Part shown: one piece after another, positions 27,783 through 41,598 of the stretch
How the letters are laid out: each line of letters begins with the position of its first letter
How positions within the stretch are numbered: the stretch's first letter is position 1
Assembly (NCBI GenBank): GCA_973895155.1
Contig: OZ316896.1
Location: 12,504,549-12,568,548 of the forward strand
From: Marsupella aquatica
Taxonomy: Eukaryota > Plantae > Marchantiophyta
Length of the DNA stretch: 64,000 nucleotides
Reading direction: 5' to 3'
Notes under the pieces: model-generated
The model's input: the letters and a program-made list of their open reading frames with translations, nothing else
Database searches by the model: none
What the model was told of the DNA's origin: nothing
Position numbers and translations under genes: made by a program

Positions 27783-27962
27783 TGACAGATGACTTTCGAG
27801 AGTCCATGACAACAGACAAAAGAATTGGATCACTTTATCTTTCATAAACTGACAAATGACTACAGAGAGTCCATGACAATAGACAGAAGAATGGGATCAC
27901 TTTTTCCTTGTTTTGAATTGAAAAATGGTTTTACAGAGTCCATGAGAATAGACAAAAGAGTC
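27783..27962. repeat. ~67-bp minisatellite, ~2.7 copies
   Basis: agagtccatga(c/g)aa(c/t)agaca(a/g)aaga occurs three times. Confidence 0.85.
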
Positions 27963-28404
27963 CTACCGTGCATTATATTACGATAAATGTGAGGAATGTT
28001 ATTTGCATAATTAGTGTTACTGGTAGCACTATTTCAATCACTCACAATTACGGACCCCATGAGGTACTTTTTCCAAAATCTCTAGCACCACGTTAAGCCA
28101 CATCATCAGGTTCATTCACAAACAAAAATCATGATGTTTTCAACCAAAAAGAAACACAACTACTCATGTTTTGATGCAAGGCAAGGGAAAAAGGTTCTAC
28201 CCGGTAAAGGTAAAATATATCAAAGTAGAAAGTTAAGTTTAGAACAATACACATGTGGGTAAAATTACCATTTTGATGCATTGTCTATGACGTCTCAATA
28301 TTTTACATCAAAATGCTTGTATTATTTAATCTTTTGCAAGATTTTGAAAAATTCAAGCCATAAAACTGTAAATAGTTAGGAACCCTTGGGTTCCACAGTG
28401 TAAA

Positions 28405-29045
28405 AAAATGATCAATCTCTATAGTACTTGATGAAAGATGTCAATGTTAAATTCATTAGAAAGCTAGAAAAAATTAGGACTCACATTCTCGTTAGTACTT
28501 AACAAAACCTATCAATGTCAGGTTCATTGGAAAGCTAAAGAAATTCAAAACTCATAATCTCCTTAGTAGCGGACATAATCTACCATTGTTAGGTTCGTTG
28601 GAAAGCTAAAGAAATTAAAAAAACTCATGATCGCTTTAGTATTGGAGTAAAACTCCCAATGACATATTTGAAAGCTAGCGAGATTCAAAGACTCATGATC
28701 TCCTCAGTACTTGACGGAATATGACATGAAATTTGTCAATGTTGGACTTAATTTTGGAAAGCTAGAAGAATTCATGAACTCATGATCTTAGTAGGACTTG
28801 ACAAAATGTCTTAATATCACACTAATTGGAAAGGCAGGGAAATTCAAAAGTTTTTTTTCTCTTTACATCAAAGTACTTTTTAGAAAATTAAAAAACTCAT
28901 CTGGTACTTTGACAAATTCTGCCACTGTGAGTCTCTATCATTGGAAACATAGAAAAATTGATTGACTCATGATCTTAGTGCTTCATGACATCCACCAATA
29001 TGATGTTCATATTAAACCAAGAGAAATTTAGAAAATCATGATTTT
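28405..29045. repeat. Degenerate ~70-bp minisatellite, ~8-9 copies
   Basis: Recurrent ttggaaagcta.a.aaatt.a..actcatgatct...tagtact core. Confidence 0.85.
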
Positions 29046-29499
29046 GTTTCTCGCTTATCTTGCAATGAAATCTTTTGTGCTAAACACTTAGAAGCATTTT
29101 AGAAATTTAAAACATTAAGAATGAATTGAACATTGGCAAAGTGTACATAATGCTAGTGTATTGGAATGTTTATTTTGGGTTCACAATTACACAATGATTT
29201 GAAGATGAGTAAAAGATAAATAATAAATTTGTAACATAAAAAGGATCTAAGATTGAATGTGATCTCTAGACAATAATCATGAAGGTAAAAGCAATTCTAT
29301 ATTAGAGGAAATAGGATGAGAACTAATATAGAGATGTAAATTCCTATCTTTCAAGTTATTTTATGATTTCACATGTTTTGTTCATATAGTCATAAGTGAT
29401 CACATAGTACTTATGCAACAAGACACAACTTTGATACCATAATTATAAATATTTTTAATTACTTGTCTCTCATTGAACTTAAGAATAGTTAGAAAGAGT

Positions 29500-29920
29500 T
29501 GGGGTGCTCCAACTAATTATTGTGATATAGAGGTATTGACTATTTCTTATAAGATTAAAATCATTATGAATTACGTGCTACAATGGCCAGGACAAAGGGT
29601 CGCGACCTCGAGAGAGAGTGCTAACCCCAAAAACCTGGCCCCAGTTCGGATTACACAGTGAATTTAGCAATTGCCATAGGTAGATGGGGTCCAAGAACTA
29701 ATCATTCTGAATATAGAGTTAATGGAACTATTTCTTACTATAGGGAGATGGGTCCAGGAACTAATTATTGTGAATATAGAGTTAATGTGACTATTTCTTG
29801 TGGGATTCAAATTATAACCAGTGGGAGAGGGGATCCAGGAACTAATTATTTTGAATATAGAGTTAATGTAACTACTTCTTGTGGGACTCTAACTATTTCT
29901 TGTGGGATTCAAATTATGAT
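29500..29920. repeat. Degenerate tandem repeats
   Basis: ggg(t/a)ccaggaactaattatt.tgaatatagagttaatg..actatttctt recurs about four times. Confidence 0.8.
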
Positions 29921-30033
29921 GAGTTACTCAGTTAGTGACCCTGAGTTGAAGTGTGCTGTTTTTCCTTTGCAAACATGCACCAGAATGGAACAGAGCACAT
30001 TATTATATCAAACGATAGATATCTATCAAAGGC

Positions 30034-30238
30034 GTGGGATTCAATCAAATGAGCAAATGGCCAATGATCTTCAAAAAGCCTAGAAAGCTAAGAATTAGGG
30101 GGGCCAATCTGAGCATCATTCAATATCAGACCATAAATATTTATCACAGGAGTGGATTCAATCAAATGAGCAACTGGCCAACATCTTCAAAAAGCCTAGA
30201 AGGCTGAGAATTAGGGGGGCCAATCTGAGAATGATTCA
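30034..30238. repeat. ~118-bp-period direct duplication
   Basis: ggattcaatcaaatgagcaa...aaaagcctagaa...gaattaggggggccaatctgag occurs twice. Confidence 0.85.
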
Positions 30239-31269
30239 GGCTTAAGTACAGAAGCAGTTCTGTGATGAGATCAGGGTGTCCTCTGAAAGTTGTTTGTGCG
30301 TAGTAACGAAGCATATGCGTGCTTTTTTTTTATTGACAATGACATCCCGCAAAAACTCCAAGACTTTACTGGGCCCATGTATATGTACAGGGCAAATTAC
30401 TCCGATGATCTAGCCGAAACACAAGACTACTGTTAGGAGATCAATGGGTGTATCAAAGACGTCATTGACATACACCACAAGGGCATGTGGTGCATAGATG
30501 TGCAAAATTGCCTTTCAGAACAATTTTCTATAGTCACTGCGCCCTTTCTTTCACCTCCAAAGAATTCAATGACATCACTGGATGTACAAGGTAATACTGT
30601 ACAATTCCCCAAAATATGTGTCAAATGGCTGTAGCAATCAGGGCATTCCATCTTCATTGCCACTTGCTGCAGCATAGGAATTGAATCTCCTATCGTTCAC
30701 CTCTTGACCCTCAGTGGTAAAACATGGAAGTCAAAGACAAATCTCAAGAGCGCTGCTGTCCATTACAACTCCTGAAATTGTTTCTTGTCTGATTCCTCCA
30801 TTTCGTCCGAGATGTCCCAGTAAACATCAGGTCACAAAATTTACCTCTAGACAATTAGAGATCTGTAAGTTGATAAAAGTCTCCAGGCCGTCTTACTTTG
30901 AGCTCAACATTGGTGTTGAGGGAGTATAATCGAACCCTAATGGCTCTTGATGAAGATGAATGAGGACGATGACATTAACCCACCGTTTCCCTGAGAGTTG
31001 TGAAGGCAAAATATAAAGAATGGGATCGCTGCCATGACAGCTTCATCCATCATTCCATGCCCTAAACGCCAACAGATAAAATTTTATAAGCCCGTTGTTC
31101 TGGTGATATGAATTTCTCCCCAACACATTATTGCGACTATTGCCTGCCTTAAGATATGAAAACACACGGGAAAACATTTTGTTTGGAACGCAAGAGCCCT
31201 ACTTGTAAATCCAAAGTGAATGGTATGAAGAATATCACAAAACCCACTGAACCAAACTCACATGCAGTC

Positions 31270-34200
31270 TCACTTTGCCAAGTCTTCCGAGAGATTCATC
31301 AGATGTACAGACCTGCCACGTACGTCGATGTCTGTGGGGCGAATATTCATGTCAGGGACACTTGCATGCGCGTCAAAGTTGTTGTTGCAAATTGGAAAGG
31401 CTGGCTTTTTGCGCCTGCCTTCAAAGAGGTAATCAGCGATGGCAGCTTGAGACATGTCCTCCCTGGAAGCTTCCCTTGATGGAATTCCAGGAGAGTGCAC
31501 CCTGCCATCCAGCTCACTCCATGTTGTGTCAGTCACATTTGTAGGATTCCCGTCTCCTCCAAGAGCAACAGTACCCATTTCAACCCACAACAACTTGGGA
31601 TCGCTAGAACTTGGTTGCGAGTCAACAGCATCAAGCCCTCCACTAAATATTTCCGATGTTGAGGCCATCGGGTCTCTTGTGAGATTTTCCTTTCCTGGGC
31701 GCTTGCTGCTTGACCCCAAAACTGAATCCTGAAAAGGCCTTTTCAGCCCTTTCTCTTTTGCCAGTGGTTCTCTCAACACATCGTCTAGATCAAGCTCTCC
31801 GGCTGTGTCAGTGTCCTTGTCTGAATTTTGTGAGCTAGAAGCCAAAAGTTTGCTTACATCAGCATCAGGAATTCCGCCCCCTGAGAATTTTCATAGGGTC
31901 ATTTGACAAACAAGATTAGACAGTGGAATCGGATGCTCACAGGAAATTCACTATTGAGAAACTGATGACATGCTGTCGATTCCACGCATTTAATATTACA
32001 GGAGAGCTTTAGGCCTAGACAAATGGCAAAGAAACAAAATCCACAGGGAAGACTGATGGAGATAATAGACAAACAAATCTCCGAAACAACAATCCACTGA
32101 TATGTATTTGATAGACAATCCCTGAACGAACTACACTTGTAATTCATAATTCTTCCAGTCGTTCCAATTGTCTGGTATGCACACGGCATTCCAATCGTCT
32201 TATTTGAAAGGGTGATAGCGGCAGTCACAGTCTAACTGTTGCAACACAGCACTTTGGGACTCCCCGAATTTTGAGCTTCATCAACGGCAAGGGACTAATT
32301 GATAGCGGGTACTCGGAATTGTTATCCAAGATAAATAGACGGCCAATTATGCCTAGTTATTGACCAGGGTTTTACCCTGCAATATTTGGGGCACCCACCT
32401 CCTTACCTGGGGGCACCAAGAAAAAGAACAAAAAAGGAAAGAATAGGTTCCACGGTCAGAACCTGTCTGAAAACTCCAAGGAAATTGCTTACAGAAGGAC
32501 AGCTGCTCCTTAACTGACATCAGGCGTTTATATTCTGATATAAGGAGGCAACGGGACACACGTCTTCTGCAATTCAGTGTGTAGTCCTGCTTGGATAAGG
32601 CTATGGAATTAATATACTCCCGTACAGATAATAGGTTGTTTGGGTTATCTTAACAACACCGGCTCGGACTAGAGCTCGGCCCTTCATAACCAATACTGCC
32701 GGATATGCATAGGTGGCAAGATACAAAAGTTGGTGAAGGACAACTTTTACATCTTTCCTGAGCCAAACCAAGACTCCAAATGACGTCGCAAATGCACAAC
32801 CCAACAGATGCTAAGGGTATGCGTCCTGTCTTACACCTAAACAGGCCACAATATGTCTGTAATCGTTTATATGCAGCTATGACATTGCCATATCCAACGT
32901 CCGAGATAGATGACCAGACATTTAAGTATTGAAGGCCTTAGAGAACGATTATTGATAGCATTCTGTAACAGTCCTAACAATCCGTCGCAGTCATGACACT
33001 CACCGCTGACTCCATTCCCGCTTGGACAGATCTTGGCATATCTCGTGTCCGCTTCTCCATTCCCGACCTTTTGACTGGCGCGATCAGTTGCTGCCTCTAT
33101 CTCAGAAGCCCTCTCAGCTCCGCAAGATTTGTAGGGAGCAATGTGATGAGTAGTAAGCTGCAAAGAAGCCAGTAGATCGTTTTCTATAACATCGTACCTG
33201 TAAGGTGTACAGTGCATTTGGTGAGAACCTTGAGGCAGCGAGGCAAAGTTCCTGACAAACAACAAAGCCAATATGGAACAATGACGAAATACTTTCAAAA
33301 TTCTTACATCCTATGGCAGAGAGTGTCTGTGAGTGCAGTTAAGTTGATGACTTCCATGCGCATCTCCTTCACTTGCATATCATCAGTGTGAAGCTCCAGA
33401 GGAGTTTCAACAAGCTTTGACAGCCGCTCCACCGTTTCCTCCAATTGTGTTTGCTGGTCTTCAAAAAGGTTCTGATTGATCTCGTTTTGCTCCTCTGAGA
33501 TGTCATCCTTGAAAAGATCATTTCCAAACATAAAGAATGCGAAAGCAAAGGAGAATGACAAGGCACGCCGCGCACGGAATAGCCTTTGCAAACCATTGGA
33601 GAGCCAGCTATAGTCCTTCACAAGAGATTCACTAGCTTCTAAAGCAACTATCTTCTGCTGTACCCCCTCCCTCTGCTTTTCTACGAACTTCAGTGAGTCC
33701 ATGTGTCCCTTCCACCGAGAGTGATAATGGATGTAACGCTTCAAATCCCTTTGTGCCCTGGCAGCTTCTTTCTCTTTCTCTTCTTTGTACCTTCCACAAC
33801 TGTGCCCTTCAATACTGTTCCAATTGTGCTCCCGCCCAGTAGCTGACCCGCATAGCCAACTGAATATACGAAAGGTAAGGCTTATGTTCTGTTCAACAAG
33901 TTCAAAAGGACAGCCTGATCCATTTATTAAGACCTTAATCCTATTTGGTATAGTCCACGATCCATAGGCCTGATTCTATCCCAATCTCTAAACATCAATT
34001 TCCAGACTTAGGACAAAATAAGTACTCAAAGACGGAAGGAAAAATTACCAGAAAGCCTGCCCACAAATACAGCCGACAAGATTGCAACCACCATTTTTTT
34101 CCACTGGCTTGTGACATTTTGGGCAAGGTTTTGTGTGTACGGTGAGCCAGTTCACAGTCTCAGATTCATCTTTACACTTTTTGTCCCAGAGTTGCCACAT

Positions 34201-36561
34201 CAGACAAGAGCATGGAGAATGTGGCTCCGCCAAGCAGTTGAAGCAGAACTGCTGCCCACAAATACACTCTATCTCACAATAGGGTTCGCCTTCAACCCTA
34301 ATTGCATTCCCACAATGTGGAATGCTGGGGCACCACTTGACCTTAGCGTTGTCTTCAATATACGACTCCAAAAGGAAGCGCTCATAACGATCAACTGATT
34401 CAGGATCCTTGGAACCCACCAAACTCCGAACCTTATCTTCATCACAAATGGCACCACACTGATACTCCATACATGTCACTCGTCGACTTTGACCCTCCTT
34501 TATTTTCATAATGAAATACTGAGTCCAACCTGTGCCAGTAGAACAGTCATTAGGGAAAACTGGGATAATGTGGCTTCCTTCCGAGAGCTGACCAGTAATA
34601 TTATGTCCCATGATCCTAGAAGAAGTACCCAGATAATGCACTTAATTTTACTTGACACTTCAACTTGGACTTTGGCGACTCTGCCAGAAGAGCCGCGTAA
34701 ATGTTTTGGTCGTTGAGGTTTGTATTGCAATATTCCTATGTACAAAAGCGAGTTAATACTTTTTCTTTTTGGAAATGAAGAAACAGGCAGACACAAACCC
34801 CGACAATTTGCCTCTTGAAACCATTCTAAAGAAGCCTTTGAACATCAATTGATCACGGCAACTACTTCGATCACGGCAAAAGATCAGAGACACTCGGGTG
34901 GATTGAATTTGTTTCCTTACCTATGCCAGATTAACGTGAAGTAAAGAAACTTGAAGATTGATCGTCACAGTAGCTATGATCATATGTTCTCTGTCCTAAA
35001 TAAACGCGGAACATTCTTCTTATAATGACTAGTCCCAAATGTACTTACATTCGTTGCAGAAGGAATGACCACAATCCATTCTCGTCACGGCTTCTTGCAA
35101 AACGTCCTCTAGGCAAGTACCACATTTCGCCAAATGTGATGATTCGGTAGAAGTCGAATACGACGTACTGGCAGCACGACAAGGCAATCCAGCTTCTTGA
35201 AATAACTCTTCCTCCCCTTTGTCGGCAAGCTTCCCGAAAAGCCCCTCCACATTCCATCTGTGAAAGATGAGAAGGGTCCGGGCATGCCTCATTCGCAAAC
35301 CCAAAACATCCACAACCTTGCGCAAGTCATCACTCTGCTTACAATAACACGAGACAGAAACCCAGAATCCTAGCTGTCAGCCACTTGTGAGAGACTGTGC
35401 ACGACCTATCATGGAAGAGGTAAAATGTGAGTTCAAGGATGACACAAGTTTGCATGGACATATGCATATATACAAGCGGATCCATTACACAGAAGATGGT
35501 CAGGATCGAGACACATCTTCTCCCTAACTTTGGTTCTAAATTTGTCCACCTTTCCAAATTGGCAGAAGTATGGGCTAAGCTTGGCTTCCAATCTCCATGT
35601 TAGTCCGGGCCAAATTTGGCACGGGTATGGGCTGTAATCCTATATTCTTTACAAATGCAGCAGCCTTTCAAAACGTACTACTGACAACCACATATTTTAC
35701 TGCATCTGTAATCAAGCTAGCTCATTGTCATGGATACAACTGCCTTCTCACTGACCCACCAACTGGACAGAATCTCATTGACATTGAAGTTCCAGATGGA
35801 AATATTGACCACCGATTTAACAAAGCACTTATCTAACAAGCAATTCGATACATGTAAACATGAAAATCTCTCTGCAGCTACATTCGCATACTGAAAAAGG
35901 GGGAGGGGGTCCAAGTACGATAACAAGGGTATGGCCAATAGGTACCTGAGCAGCAAGTAGGGACTCCTTGGTTATAACCTGCGATGACCAGTAGGTTTAT
36001 GTTAAAACAACCGTGAGCAAGATCTCGTAAATCCCAAGTCGGGGCAACACCAGAAAATAAAGCTTCACGTCAAGGACAACTGCATTTCAACAATGCACGA
36101 ACGATTACCGAATGCTACTGATTTTAAACCAATCCCGATGAATCGTGTCCAGACTGGCTGGGCAAGAAGCCAAAAGACAGAAGTGCAGGAGACAGGGCAC
36201 AACAAGCCCATCAGTAGATATTGAGTTCAAACCAGTGGCAGCTTCACTTTTCCTAATTTCTTTCCGGCACCCAGAATTAAGTTGAAACATATGCTCGAAA
36301 GGATCTGTTGAGATCAATAGTAGCTCAATGTTCAACCTGACGGAGTATCTTCAAAAACGAGAAACGGGACAAGGACGAACACCACTAGCAACGTCCACCA
36401 AAGAATTCAGGATAACAAAGTACAGGAATTCTCACCTTGTGGCCAGGTTCGGGATCATCTTGATGCGCTACAACCTCCTCATCTTCACCACAATAGTCAC
36501 CTTCCGAGTCACTATCCCTATAATTGCTAGAGGTTGGACTCCAAGCATCTTCATCAGTCAT
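31270..36561 (-). CDS. ARI: ARIADNE-family RBR (RING1-IBR-RING2) E3 ubiquitin ligase, ARI1/ARI2-like
   Basis: Exons 36561-36436 (acidic N-terminus), 35978-35946 (VITKESLLAAQ), 35334-35049 (RING1 start, CGHSFCNEC), 34529-34049 (IBR KWCPSIPHCGNAI; RING2 KPCPKCHKPVEKNGGCNLV), 33859-33308 (Ariadne domain RYIHYHSRWKGH), 33197-33004 and 31880-31270. Phases join in frame. The exact 3' end is less certain. Confidence 0.93.
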
Positions 36562-37400
36562 GATTCGGAGTCACAGTCCACGCCCCGACTACACATTAAC
36601 TACAGTGGATCCCACCGTTTACATTACCGTCGCCTTGCAATGAGAATCTGTGCAGGTATTCCTCACTTGCCAGCCGAACTACGAACGTCTGTATCTGGAC
36701 TCTTCGAGAAATTAAAGGCCTTCGCGATGCAACACAATAGCCGAAGACTTTCTTGAAACCTAAATCCTTGCACCTCGCATCTTGTCAATGCTGCTCGAGT
36801 GATAAGCAGGTTAAACGGAGCCACTCTCCGCGCTCTTACCTGCCACAGCCTAAATGTTCTTCCGCCTGAGTACCGCACCCCCTTCCTTTACTTCCTAACA
36901 CCCTAAAGCCTTTCAAGCGAGGACGATCAACTCTAACACACAATCCCGACTTGTTTCCCTGGCCTCATTGAATCTGTGACCTAAGAGATTCGTAGATTCC
37001 AGCTCGATCGATCTCGCTTTGCGTGATGTCCTGCTGCTTGCTCTTGCCCTGCTATTGTCCTCGTCGCAGAATCATCCGGCGATGCTGGCCTGGCCTGGCC
37101 ACGCTTCACCTCTACTCCCTACTACCCTACTACATTAACCCCGCAATCCCACGTCCTGCTGCCCCAAGCACACGGCCTGCTTCTCCTCCCGTCGACCGAC
37201 AATTCATTCGACTTCAGCTGCTGAAACAATCACTTCCTGATCTTCCCGCTCCGCAGAGCCTCGCTCGCCCTCCGCTTACAGTACCATCGGCAGCAAGCGC
37301 CACTACCCAAGTGTAGCCCGTAGCAGCCGGCAGAAATTGAAACCAACAACCTACGTCTCTCTCTCGCTGTCCGCCGGACCGGCTCGCGTAAATCGAAGCA

Positions 37401-37404
<4 letters not shown>

Positions 37405-37436
<32 letters not shown>
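37405..37436. repeat. (AG)16 microsatellite upstream of the ARI CDS
   Basis: Direct read. Lies in the probable 5' UTR intron or leader of ARI. Confidence 0.95.
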
Positions 37437-37438
<2 letters not shown>

Positions 37439-38519
37439 TTGAAGGAGAGATGATCCACTACTTCCGACGCGAGCACACAGCAAGTTTTGCATAGCAGCTG
37501 GAAGGTCACCCGACTCCAGTCTTCGTCCTTCTCACAATCAATCTCGAGACACTGCCGCTTGAACCTCACCTTCGCCCTTCGCCCGGCACGCGGCCTCTAC
37601 CAAGCAAGACTGGAGCACGCGAACATGTACCTCCCAGGATAAAAAAAGGACTAATAACACGCGACGCCTCTGCTGCTGGTGCTGCGAGAGGAAGCGGGCT
37701 GTTTGGGTCGGGTCAGGTCAGGTCATATCTCTTCCGCTCCGCGCGTTCTGGCCTGCCTGCCTGCCTGATTTGCCAGGGACGAACTACTCCTACGACGACG
37801 AAGTTCTCCACTCGCCACCACTCTCGACTCATTCACTCATCATTATTCACTCGGTTTCGGCCAGCCAGCCAGCCGCAACCCGACCGGACACGGCATGGGG
37901 CCGTGGAAGTGAGATGCAAAAGGACTCTAGAAATAAATACTCGACAGTACAGAACGTGAATAACGAGAGGGAGACGAGAGGAAAGAAAGAAGAAGAACTG
38001 ACGAGTAATAGTACGGAGCACGAGACGAAAGAAGGGGAGGAGAACAGAATTTGGAGCCAAAAAATTAGGAGCTGGAAAGGAAAACGATGGCAGAAGGAGG
38101 CTGGGACGCACGAATTTCAATCTGTCCTCCCTCGGCGCCAGGACAGAACAGAACGGAACGGAACGGAACCGCACCGCACAGGCAGTCACGGAGAGCTGCG
38201 TGATGGGATTCGCGCTCTACGATTCGCGAATCGGCCGACGAATTTTCCCTCCAATTTCCCCACAGCACGGTACGCTGCGCACCTGGCCGAATGCAGAGAG
38301 AAAGGAGCTCGCCTCACATCATTCTACAGTACAGAGGGCGGAAAAGGGAGAATCCAATCTTGCGCTATATTCTCCTCCCGTGGTCGGAACCTTTGACCCA
38401 CGTTTACATTCCATGCACTTTCTCGTGCTGATATATACCAAGCAAAGGAAAGCTTCCTCCTCTCCCTGTTTTTCTAGTGTGGGGCCAAATAGGGCGTCTC
38501 AAAATTTCTTTTTGGCCAT

Positions 38520-38767
38520 AAAAAATGCAGAGCTTGTCAGATGAGCTTTTCAGATGATTTATGTAAGGTTTTTTTTCCCACTAACCTCTACAATGACTTC
38601 TGCTCATGGAAAAGGGTTATGCTTGTGGATTTGAATTTGGTAGTCCATTAAAAATCCAGAGCTTTACATATGAATTTATGGAAGGTTTGTTTTTTCACTA
38701 ACCTCTACAATGACTTATGCTCATGGAAAAGGATTATCGTTGTGAATTTGAATTTGGTAGTTCATAA
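38520..38767. repeat. ~120-bp tandem duplication
   Basis: cactaacctctacaatgactt.tgctcatggaaaagg...gaatttggtagt occurs twice. Confidence 0.85.
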
Positions 38768-41598
38768 TTTATTTTTTCTGTCAGTAACCTTAATCACTAA
38801 TTTAAGGTTCATCAAATTTTGAGGTTTGGGACTCCCTGATGGAGAGTCACTACCAGGTAGGGAGTTTGCCAACTTGGTACAAGAATTTGGCAGTAATTAA
38901 GTGCAACTCATCCTGCAATTGTTGAGAGCATAAAATCCTGGCTAATTGCAAGCCTCCAGCAGGTCAGGGTGCCAAATAAGAAGTGGACACTTAAGGCAGC
39001 TTTACATGTTAAATGCCATTGTGAGAGAGGGGAATTGAACTTGAGACCTTTCAATGAGTCCCTATTCCATGATCATAGAATTGATGCTAAGCCCATTCAC
39101 GTAGTGTGAAACGTTTTGAAATAGGATAATGAGTTTTCCCTAAGTATGCTTATTCCATACCTGAAATTTTCCGTCAATGGATGAAACTCCCTATTTTCTT
39201 TACTGGATTTTTGTAAATAGTTTGTGATAGAGTTCTTAATGGAGCTGCTATGAGTAAAAGGATCTCACAAGGCCCCTAGCTTCAGAGAGGAGAGGAATTC
39301 AATTGGCTTATCATTCAAAAGTCCATGTGCTCAATCAAACACACAAGCCATTGTTTTTATGAACTGTAGACTTAACTTGGTTCACTACCTTTGATTGCCA
39401 AAAGTTATTCGAACTTGATCTCACATTTCTCACGAGTGGCCATTTGAATTTTAAATTTCTTGGAGACTTTTTGCAAGTGGCCACTTTAACAGTCTACTTT
39501 TTTCTATATATTTCTGTAACCTTGCCAAAACACGTGTCCGGAGCTTTTTTTAAATAGAAAACACAATCTTCAGGGCTTTCACCTTATTCGAAGTTCTCAG
39601 TGTACTTTTTCCTATATATTTGCTGACACCTAGGCAAGACATGTGTTTGGGGCCTATTTTCAGGACATTTTGCCTGCAATGTAGTTTATTCGCAGTTTCT
39701 TTTTCACGCTTTTCAGTTGTTCAGGGTGGCTGTCTGAAATTTGAGATACTGAGCTTGTCCTGAAATTGCCCTCATAGTGTTTCAGCCTACTGTTTTAGCA
39801 AAGTCATATATAGTATCCTTACTACATGTTGAAACCGCGGCCATATTCTCTAGTTCACTAATTTGGAAAGTCACAATTTCGGGATGGAAGAATTTTTTTG
39901 AATCATTAATTTTTGGCACTAACCCTATTTTGAGCTATGGTCTATAGTTTTGCAGCCTAGCGTTTTTGGAAAGTTGCATTTTGCTCTGGCCGCAAGATTT
40001 TTATTTTGGTTTGTGAGCCTAATTGCAACTAAGGTACTACAGTCCCTCATACCCAGCGCCTACTGCACAGGACTGTGATGTCATGTGTATCTCACAGGTA
40101 CCTTTTGGATGGTGAGAAAATGTGTATTAAAGTCACATGATCGAGCTCTCAGAAACAATAGTAATTATCAGCAATATGAAAAGTATGTAATTCGCGCAAA
40201 CCCAGACAAGAGAATTTACACAAGAGCTGATTGGCCATAATTCCCGTAACATTTCTGACGGTGCGGGTGAAAATTCAAACAAATTCTTTCCGCGTGATGT
40301 CGAATCGAATAATGAGAAAGAGAGAAGAATAGATTGTTTGAACGGACTCGTAATCGGAATTCCGCTTTGCATTCAGATTTTGACGAAGCAGACACAAACG
40401 AAAGTTACATAAGATTTCGCGAGTTATCATGGAAAATGTATAGTAGTATTGTAAATTCAAACAACGTGACAACAATAACATCCATACAATGTTGACATAC
40501 TCTTTCGATTGGGAACAAATTTCTTCTAGTAAAATCACCGGACCTGTAGATATAATAAATTTATATTATGTGAGAATTCGCGTGGAACCACGATAAATGT
40601 GCAGTACCATAATTTGAAACACCGAAGATATTGATAGAATATTTGTTTGTTTGTTTTTTTCAATTAAAGAGATGATTGAAGAGACATTGACAAGTTCTGT
40701 TGTGTTATTTCAATCAAATCACGGGAATAGCTGATACCATAAATAAAGTGAAAGTCATATATTAAGATTTTGCGCATTACCATTACAAGCGTAATATCAT
40801 CAATTGAAACAACGACGACATCGGTAGAATATTGAATTTCTCTTTCAAATTGAAGAAAATTGGTTTTTCCATTTGAATCGGATCAAGGGGAACAGTAACC
40901 ACCACAATAGCTTACTTGGGATCACTCACAGAACAATAACTCACTATATAAATCATAAGCAAAATTTGTACATTGACGAATTATTCAATCTACTAAGATC
41001 ACTGGAGGTAGCCACTGGCCCACCGAAGGTTTGCACAGCTGTACTTGTCTACAATGAGTATTTGGGCCTGCAAAAGCCTTGACCAACGGACTTTACCAAA
41101 AGGCTCCCTGATCGAGTAGTATATATAATGGTGCTCACTTCTATGCTTTGACCGTCCAACTGACCATTCCATGTACTGCGTATGCAATCTGCAGCGCATA
41201 TCCCGAGGACAACTCGGGAGCTACATTCACCATGGCTCATTGCTCCCTTATACTCATAGGGATTAGCTTCCGCAATCCGCGGCAAAATGGCATAAAAATA
41301 CTATCCTCGGTTCTTGGATTCCATTTCTCAACTACAGGCTCACTCCTCACATCATCGTCAGGACATGACGAATAACAGAACTTCGATGAGCGTTCCACAT
41401 ACCCTGAAATGTATCAGCCTTGTGTACTGCGACGAACAAGTCGATGACGCAGTATTCGTGGAAGTCATTCTTGTCACGACAATATCACGGATGTGAGTGG
41501 CGTGTGCGGGCCCGAATAGAGGTGTACATTGTACTATGTACATTGACGCAATTTCTTTCTTTTTTTGTCCACATAGCAAGAAATTAACTCCACGCCAA

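Noticed and set aside
28405-29045. CRISPR array
   Set aside because: Repeats are degenerate, the 'spacers' are homologous to each other, there are no cas genes, and the context is eukaryotic nuclear DNA.
37770-38396. 208-aa ORF on +
   Set aside because: Low-complexity antisense read of the pyrimidine-rich ARI leader and promoter, with no ATG start and no domain.
40130-40870. CpG-retaining AT-rich stretch as a viral or organellar insertion
   Set aside because: No sustained ORF or recognisable motif in the frames examined.
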